From the IMG/VR virus record IMGVR_UViG_3300047550_002723, positions 1-64,000 of that record: 64,000 nucleotides of DNA; one strand, given 5' to 3'. The notes beneath the pieces are model-generated. The model was given only the letters and a program-made list of their open reading frames with translations. It ran no database searches and was not told the origin of the DNA. A program made the translations under genes and the position numbers. This DNA comes from a virus. This document shows, piece after piece, positions 59,168-64,000 of the stretch; position 1 is the first letter of the stretch; each line of letters opens with the position of its first letter.

Positions 59168-61858
59168 ATGCCAGTTGTTGTAGGTCTAAGTTCAATCACT
59201 GGAGTTTCCACGGCAACAAGTGGCACTGATGCTGCTTACAAAGAGTATGTTGATAATAAACTAGGTGGATCAGTTCCAAGCATTTATGGAAATGAGAATG
59301 AGTTTCTCTTTACGGATGGAAGTACAATATCGTGGGAACCAATACAGGCAAGTCAAGAATATGCTACGGCAGGGTCTTATACTTTTAATTTACCGTCACA
59401 AGCAAAAGAGTTACTGATAGAAGCAACAGGTGCAGGTGGTGGAGGAGCAAGTGGAAATACTGATGGAAGTTCTTATGAAGCAGCAAGCATTTGGACTTTA
59501 AGAACTTCTGGTACTACTAGTACTCTTAATACTCTTACTTTTGCAAACAATACTTATGTTGCTGGTGGTGCTTCTGGGAGATTAAACACATCAACAGATG
59601 CAATCACTTGGACTTTAAGAACTTCTGGTACTACCTCTGCTATTATTGATATCATTTATGAAAATGGCACCTATATTGTTTCTGGTAATTCTGGTGTTCT
59701 TAATACTTCAACTAATGCAATTCAATGGACATTAAGAACTTCTGGTACTACTAATCCAATTTGGTCCCTTGCATATGGATCCACTTTAGCAACACCAACT
59801 TATATTGCTACAGGACAGATTGGTTATTTGGCATCATCCACGGATGCGATAACTTGGACTCTTAGGACTAATGGATCTGGAGTTGGACTTTTTATATTAT
59901 CTTCTATTTTTGTAAACAATATTTATGTTATTGGGATTGAAAATGGAAAATTAAATACATCTACTGATGCAATTGTTTGGACATCTAGAACTACAGGACT
60001 TCCAACTTCTTCCACTAATTTGTATTATGTAAATTTTGGGAATGGTATTTATATTGCTGCTGGGCAAGGGGGATTTGTAATTACATCTACTAATGCAATT
60101 GAATGGACACTGAGAACTTCTGGAACTACTACATCACTTGGAGAAGTTGGTCCCAATAATGGAATTTTATATGATAACACTAATTACATTATTGCAGGCA
60201 ACTCTGGTGTTTTAATAGCATCAACAGACACGATCACCTGGACTTTCAGAACTTCTGGTACTGGTAGTGCTCTTTATGCTCTTACTTACGCAAACAATAC
60301 TTATGTTGCGGGAGGAACATCAGGAACTCTCACAGTATCACCAAACACCACAACAGGATTCTCAGGTGGTGGAGGTGGTGGGGGTGCATCAGCATCATGG
60401 ATAATTTCTAAGGACCAAATCACAGGGTCTTCATTATCTATAAGTGTCGGTGCTGGTGGAACTGCTGGAACTGCTGGTGCTGGAACCACAATATCCTGGA
60501 CTGGACCTGGAGGAACTTATAGTATAACTGCGAATGGTGGAAGTCCTGGAACCAATACTGGACTTGCATTAGGTGGATCTGGAGGAACAGTACCAGCAAC
60601 AACCACAAATTATCTTCAAGCATCTGCTGGTGCTGCTGGTGTTGCTGGAAGAGTATCATCAGTTTCTGGATTTTCAGCACCAACCACAACTGCTTCTTTC
60701 CAAACTTCTGGTGGTGGAGGAGGTGCTTATAGTTCTTCTGGTGGTGTGAGTATTGGTGGTGCTGGAGGAACGATTAATTATTATGCAAACACTAACGCAA
60801 ACTCTAGTATTGATATTACTGGAAGAATTGCTCCTAATATTTCTGGATTATCTTATGGTAATGGTGGAGGAGGTGGAGGAGGTTCAAGTGAGAATGCTCT
60901 TTATTGGACTTTAAGAACTACAGGAACGAGCACTCAAACTATTAATACTTTAGTCTATGGAAACAATGTTTATGTGATTGGTGGTGGTAATGGAATATTA
61001 AGTTCATCAACAGACGCAATTAATTGGACTGCAAGAACTGCTTTAACAGGTTCAGCAGAAGTGAAAAGTTTAATTTATGGGAATGATCTTTATGTTTATG
61101 GTGACGTTGGAGGAAAACTAGTAGTTTCAACAGATGCAATTATTTGGATTTTAAGAACTTCTGGTTATGGTGTTACTGACATACAAAAATTATTATTCGC
61201 AAATAATTTATATCTTTCTGGAGGTAGTTCGAGAAAACTATTTACTTCAACAGATACGATTGTTTGGATTGCAAGAACTACTCCTTTTCCAGTTGGGGAG
61301 GGAACTTTAAGTCTTGGTTATGGAAATAATTTTTATCTTAGTGGAAGTAATACTGCACTTGTAGTATCCACAGATTCAATTATATGGGTTCTAAGAACTA
61401 CTGGGCAATCTCAAAATTGTTTAGATATTCTCTTTGATGGAAGCATTTACATACTTGGATGTTCTAATGGAAGATTATTAACTTCAACAGATACAATCAC
61501 CTGGATTGCTAGAACTGCAACTACTCAAACTATTAATGCGTTAAATTATGGAAATAATCTCTATGTCCTTGCTGGTGCTGTTGGAACATTAAACACTTCA
61601 ACAGATGCAATTACTTGGATATTAAGAACTTCGTCTACTTCTAATCAACTTTATGATCTTACTTATGTGAATAATTTTTATACTTATGTGGGAGCAGGAG
61701 GAGCAATAGGAACCTCACCAATCGCAGGACTAGTAGGTAATGGGGGCAACGGAATCAAAGGTGGTGGAGGTGGTGGTGGAGGATATGAAGCAACCACAGA
61801 CACTGCAGGAACTGGTGGAACTGGTGGTGATGGTTATGTTCGTATCAGTTGGTACTAA
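59168..61858 (+). CDS. Gly-rich virion protein with WTLRTS beta-propeller repeats
   Basis: STDAIxWTLRTSG repeats interrupted by glycine-rich segments. Confidence 0.7.
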   Translation: MPVVVGLSSITGVSTATSGTDAAYKEYVDNKLGGSVPSIYGNENEFLFTDGSTISWEPIQASQEYATAGSYTFNLPSQAKELLIEATGAGGGGASGNTDGSSYEAASIWTLRTSGTTSTLNTLTFANNTYVAGGASGRLNTSTDAITWTLRTSGTTSAIIDIIYENGTYIVSGNSGVLNTSTNAIQWTLRTSGTTNPIWSLAYGSTLATPTYIATGQIGYLASSTDAITWTLRTNGSGVGLFILSSIFVNNIYVIGIENGKLNTSTDAIVWTSRTTGLPTSSTNLYYVNFGNGIYIAAGQGGFVITSTNAIEWTLRTSGTTTSLGEVGPNNGILYDNTNYIIAGNSGVLIASTDTITWTFRTSGTGSALYALTYANNTYVAGGTSGTLTVSPNTTTGFSGGGGGGGASASWIISKDQITGSSLSISVGAGGTAGTAGAGTTISWTGPGGTYSITANGGSPGTNTGLALGGSGGTVPATTTNYLQASAGAAGVAGRVSSVSGFSAPTTTASFQTSGGGGGAYSSSGGVSIGGAGGTINYYANTNANSSIDITGRIAPNISGLSYGNGGGGGGGSSENALYWTLRTTGTSTQTINTLVYGNNVYVIGGGNGILSSSTDAINWTARTALTGSAEVKSLIYGNDLYVYGDVGGKLVVSTDAIIWILRTSGYGVTDIQKLLFANNLYLSGGSSRKLFTSTDTIVWIARTTPFPVGEGTLSLGYGNNFYLSGSNTALVVSTDSIIWVLRTTGQSQNCLDILFDGSIYILGCSNGRLLTSTDTITWIARTATTQTINALNYGNNLYVLAGAVGTLNTSTDAITWILRTSSTSNQLYDLTYVNNFYTYVGAGGAIGTSPIAGLVGNGGNGIKGGGGGGGGYEATTDTAGTGGTGGDGYVRISWY

Positions 61859-61872
61859 AGGAGGATAACTAA

Positions 61873-64000
61873 ATGACTACCGCAGGTTCTAATTTTATTT
61901 CTGGTATTACTACAACAGTTTTTAATTCAACTGATGTAGTCAATAAAGACTATGTGGATGCGAATGTTCAACCACTACCATCACAAACTGGTAATGCTGG
62001 TAAGTTTCTTACAACAACTGATGGAACAAATGTCTCTTGGGATTATGTTTCTAACTATCAGGAATTTACATCACCTGGAGAACAGACTTTTAATGTTCCA
62101 AGTTATTCTAATCTTTTGTTTATTGAAGCAGTTGGTGCTGGTGGTGGTGGAAGTGCAGGGCAGAGTAATGCGACTTCTAATCAAGGTGTGACCTGGACTT
62201 TAAGAACTTCTGGAGCAAATCAACAAACTTATGGTCTTGTGTATTCTGGACAATTTTATGTTGGTCCTAGTGGTGGAGGAAGAATAATAGCATCTACAGA
62301 CACTATTACGTGGAGTTTAAGAACTGCTGGATTTACCTCTATTTTATATAAAATTACTTATGGTACATCTCCAACAGGTACTTATCTAGTTGGTGGTGTT
62401 AGTGGAGCATTAAATACTTCAACAGATACAATCACTTGGGAATTGAGAACTTCTGGAACTAGTAATACTATACAATATGTTTATTATGTGAACAATATTT
62501 ATTTTGCTGGTGGAAATTCTGGAACATTACTCACTTCAACAAATGCAATTCAATGGACTTTAAGAACTTCTGGTCATGGTAGTGCTAATCTTTATGATTC
62601 TATCTATGATGGAGTAAATTATTATATTGTTGGATCTGGTGGATTTTTGAGCACTTCGACAGACACAATTTCTTGGACTTTAAGAACTTCTGGCGCTGAT
62701 GGGCAATTGTGGACAATTACTTATGCATCAGGAAATACTCAGGCATATGTTATTGGTGGTGATAGTGGAAAATTAAATACTTCAACAAATGGAATTGAAT
62801 GGACTTTGAGAACTGCTGGTGTTGGTTCTAATAGGGTTGAATCTGTCATTTATGCAAACAATACATATTTAATTGTTGGTGATATTGGAATTTTAAACAC
62901 TTCAACCAATGCAATTCAATGGACTTTAAGAACTTCTAATACTTTTCAAAATCTTTATCATATTATTTACGAAAACAACACTTATGTTTTTAGTGGTAAT
63001 AGTGGTATTATTGCAACTTCCTATTCACAATCATCAGGACGAGGAGGTTCATCAGGTTCCTATACTTCCTGGTATATTCCTAAAGCAATAGTATCATCAA
63101 ACCTCACAATCAATCCTGGTGTTGGTGGAGCAGGAGCAACCACAGACGCAGCAACAGGTTCGGCAGGAGCAGGAACGACAGTATCCTGGACTGGACCTGG
63201 AGGAACTTATACAATCACAGCATCTGGTGGTACTGGAACAGCAGCAGGAGAAGCACAACTCGCAAGTCAATCAAGTTCTTTTTATACCACTGCTGGACTT
63301 ACTGGAGCAAGTCAGTCTCTAGGGATAGGTCTCACAGCAACAGCACAAACTAATCAATTCCAACCAACAGGTGGTGGAAGTGGTGGTTCCAGTAACTTCG
63401 GTGATGGTTCTACAGCAGCAGGTGGTTCTGGAGGTGCAATAAGTGTTTATGGAATTTCGACATCAGCATCTGGTGGAACTACTAGTGGAACAAATGGTGT
63501 AATTGGTATTGCTTACACTGGACTTCCTTATGGTTCTGGTGGAGGTGGTGGAGGTGCAAAATCAGAAAGTCCATATTGGAATCTAAGAACTTCTGGTATT
63601 ACTTCTAATCTTAATAGTATTAGTGGAGTAAATTTATATGATGATATTGGAGGATATAATTATTATGGTTTAATGACTGCTGGTGATTCTGGAGTGTTAT
63701 CTACTTCAACGGATGGTCTTAATTGGACTTTAAGAACTTCTAGTTTTGGTGCTACTGCGATTAGAGCATCTTTATTAACTTTTTCACTTGGTCAAAAAAG
63801 TCTTATTGTTGGGGATGGTGGAAATCTACGAACAACCACAAATGGTATTCAATGGTCTACCTATTCTTCAGGAACAGCAAATGCACTTTATGCAATTGGT
63901 CCTGGGCAAGGTAGTGATGATGGAACATGGACCATTGGAGGTGCTAGTGGTTATTTGGCATCATCACTATTTTTAGACCTTACAATTTGGATTTCAAGAA
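61873..64000 (+). CDS. Paralogous Gly-rich/WTLRTS repeat protein (3'-truncated by window end)
   Basis: GGAGG RBS, MTTAGSNFISGITT..; frame appears open to window end; missing from ORF track. Confidence 0.75.
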   Translation, partial: MTTAGSNFISGITTTVFNSTDVVNKDYVDANVQPLPSQTGNAGKFLTTTDGTNVSWDYVSNYQEFTSPGEQTFNVPSYSNLLFIEAVGAGGGGSAGQSNATSNQGVTWTLRTSGANQQTYGLVYSGQFYVGPSGGGRIIASTDTITWSLRTAGFTSILYKITYGTSPTGTYLVGGVSGALNTSTDTITWELRTSGTSNTIQYVYYVNNIYFAGGNSGTLLTSTNAIQWTLRTSGHGSANLYDSIYDGVNYYIVGSGGFLSTSTDTISWTLRTSGADGQLWTITYASGNTQAYVIGGDSGKLNTSTNGIEWTLRTAGVGSNRVESVIYANNTYLIVGDIGILNTSTNAIQWTLRTSNTFQNLYHIIYENNTYVFSGNSGIIATSYSQSSGRGGSSGSYTSWYIPKAIVSSNLTINPGVGGAGATTDAATGSAGAGTTVSWTGPGGTYTITASGGTGTAAGEAQLASQSSSFYTTAGLTGASQSLGIGLTATAQTNQFQPTGGGSGGSSNFGDGSTAAGGSGGAISVYGISTSASGGTTSGTNGVIGIAYTGLPYGSGGGGGGAKSESPYWNLRTSGITSNLNSISGVNLYDDIGGYNYYGLMTAGDSGVLSTSTDGLNWTLRTSSFGATAIRASLLTFSLGQKSLIVGDGGNLRTTTNGIQWSTYSSGTANALYAIGPGQGSDDGTWTIGGASGYLASSLFLDLTIWISR

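Noticed and set aside
59168-64000. Diversity-generating retroelement TR/VR pair
   Set aside because: No reverse transcriptase in the window; differences between repeats are not adenine-specific and all copies are coding

Overview
AT-rich segment of a T4-like cyanomyovirus genome, probably freshwater. Evidence: T4-type primase gp61, class Ia nrdAB, TATAAATA late promoters, and psbA/hli/petF. In order, the window holds: (1) late structural or internal proteins; (2) primase-nrdA-nrdB; (3) a lysis/cell-envelope block (C39 peptidase and GH24 lysozyme sharing an N-terminal module, membrane proteins, SNase, secreted proteins, a tail-type lysozyme); (4) a tRNA/ncRNA island with 7 tRNAs, Hc1, a porin-like protein, Dps and two free-standing HNH genes; (5) a ~12 kb glycan island (Gmd, Fcl/ColC-like, ColD-like, GT2/7/10/11/23/25, FkbM); (6) a photosynthesis block; (7) ~22 kb of mosaic tail-fibre/adhesin genes. 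Three group I introns not shown by the ORF track could be delimited to the base. One is a 202-nt intron splitting the anticodon of tRNA-Arg(UCU), followed directly by a free-standing HNH gene. Two lie in psbA: 699 nt with a LAGLIDADG ORF and 226 nt ORF-less, followed by an EndoVII-type nuclease. All four homing-endonuclease-like genes share a hairpin covering the region just before the start codon, with a late promoter in its loop. Several structured non-coding RNAs (abiF-like hairpins, tandem wcaG pseudoknots, a CCA-ended RNA) may form an RNA anti-defence island; this is inference. No searches were run, so family names come from motif recognition.
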